The translations under genes were made by a program, and so were the position numbers. From positions 30,001-62,000 of the forward strand of contig OY970322.1 in the NCBI GenBank assembly GCA_963716945.1: a stretch of DNA of 32,000 bases, written 5' to 3'. Shown piece by piece: positions 31,107-32,000 of the stretch. Each line of letters opens with the position of its first letter. The stretch's first letter is position 1. The notes under the pieces are model-generated. The model ran no database searches, was not told the DNA's origin, and saw nothing but the letters and a program-made list of their open reading frames with translations. The DNA is from Candidatus Saccharimonadota bacterium. GTDB lineage: Bacteria; Patescibacteriota; Saccharimonadia; Saccharimonadales; UBA4665.

Positions 31107-32000
31107 CTACCGCAAAAGCTCTTTAATGCCCACGCGCCGTCCGTATTCCATGGCCCCGTAGCGGAAGGCCTTGATCGCGAACGCCATAGCCAGAACCGCA
31201 CTGGCGGCTACCACTGCGAGCGCCGTGCAAGCTTGGGCAAGCGACAGGGTTCCGGCCGCGTTGCGCAGCAAGGACGTCGTCGAAGCTGTCAGCGGGAAAT
31301 AAGTGAACACGTTAACGATCAGGGTATGCGGCGAACTCACTATATAGCCCAGGGCATAAATCGGTATAAACTGCGTTATTATGGCAACTCCCAGGTAGCG
31401 TCCCGCTTCCTGGGCGCTGGGGAATAAAGCACTTAAACCGACTAAAAAGCCGGTAAACGTAGTAATCCCGCCCACAAAGAACAGTGCCCCGAACGCAATA
31501 GCCCTGCCGTCAAGCGGGATGTGGCTGAGCGAAACGCCGCCCGGCAGGCTGATATGGCTCCTGAAAAGCGTATAGCCGATCAGTAAAGCCCCGCCTAATA
31601 GGAGTATCTGCACCAAACCTAATATGAAAATCGATAGGATCTTGCCCAAAATAAGGCTGCGCGAGCTTATCGAAGCCAGTAATATTTCAGCGGCTCGGTT
31701 CTCTTTTTCTTCGGTTGTGGCGCTAATCATAAAGTAGGACAGCAAGGCCACCAGCGTCAGAAAAGCCAGCATAAACATACCGGGGGCAATAATACCGGCC
31801 AGGCCGTTAGTCACCTTGCCGTTCTTGTAGGTAGTAGTGGTTACCGCAGGGTCGTTTTGCAAGATCGGAACGATTTGATTATTGTTGGCGAGAGAACTTA
31901 CCCGGGATATAACATCTTGCCGTAGGAGGGCCGTGGCCGCCGTGCCGTAGGGCGGCGTATTGCTAATCCCTTGGTCTTGGGCATAAATATCAATGCCGCT
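31107..32000 (-). CDS. ABC-2 type transporter permease (NatB/YhaP-like), 5' end outside the window
   Basis: EEKENRAAEILLASISSRSLILGKILS motif typical of ABC-2 permeases. The frame stays open from 31862 to the window end (hand translation ...SGIDIYAQDQGISNTPPYG...), so the TTG at 31862 is internal. Confidence 0.7.
   Translation of the reverse strand, partial: SGIDIYAQDQGISNTPPYGTAATALLRQDVISRVSSLANNNQIVPILQNDPAVTTTTYKNGKVTNGLAGIIAPGMFMLAFLTLVALLSYFMISATTEEKENRAAEILLASISSRSLILGKILSIFILGLVQILLLGGALLIGYTLFRSHISLPGGVSLSHIPLDGRAIAFGALFFVGGITTFTGFLVGLSALFPSAQEAGRYLGVAIITQFIPIYALGYIVSSPHTLIVNVFTYFPLTASTTSLLRNAAGTLSLAQACTALAVVAASAVLAMAFAIKAFRYGAMEYGRRVGIKELLR

Overview
Gene-dense bacterial chromosomal segment. 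Hand counts of 60-nt samples give about 60% G+C in typical genes. The genetic code is standard, with TGA, TAA and TAG all used as stops. I can support 37 protein-coding genes: one is broken by a frame shift and one runs off each window edge. I also support a set of promoter-like elements, one clear intrinsic terminator and two internal repeats. I recognised no rRNA, tRNA, CRISPR array, transposase or integrase. Content from left to right: rny (frame-broken), tsaB/tsaE, a lamin-tail-domain (LTD) surface protein, a PRC-barrel protein, a class-I amidotransferase, and recA-NUDIX-recX. Next comes a secretin-less type IV pilus locus: pilB, pilC, a major pilin with strong promoter and terminator, a minor-pilin operon with two >500-aa pilin-like proteins, and pilM-pilN-pilO plus a fourth small gene. 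A low-GC island encoding a glutamic (G1/eqolisin-like) peptidase is wedged inside that locus. After it come a bPH membrane protein, ruvB, an ABC1/UbiB-like kinase bracketed by two micro membrane proteins, an aldo/keto reductase, ruvA, ruvC, NUDIX, yebC, comEC and a cupin. The window ends with an envelope-protein array: a 6-TM protein, a polytopic protein with a duplicated four-cysteine ectodomain, an anchored exported protein, an MFS transporter and an ABC-2 permease. Several traits suggest a Patescibacteria/CPR (Saccharibacteria-like) monoderm: half-size TsaB, a pilus without secretin, LTD proteins, ComEC without a nuclease domain, and pervasive stop/start overlaps. That placement is inference only. 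Most interesting observations: (1) the compositionally foreign G1 peptidase gene with an operator-like inverted repeat, sitting inside the pilus locus; (2) the giant minor pilins; (3) a recurrent (TGn)TAnnnT box 6-9 nt upstream of ATG, implying widespread leaderless mRNAs; (4) an ABC1 kinase plus two micro-protein module splitting ruvA from ruvB; (5) a novel duplicated 4-Cys surface domain; (6) a frame break in rny. All functional calls rest on motif recognition by eye; no database search was possible.
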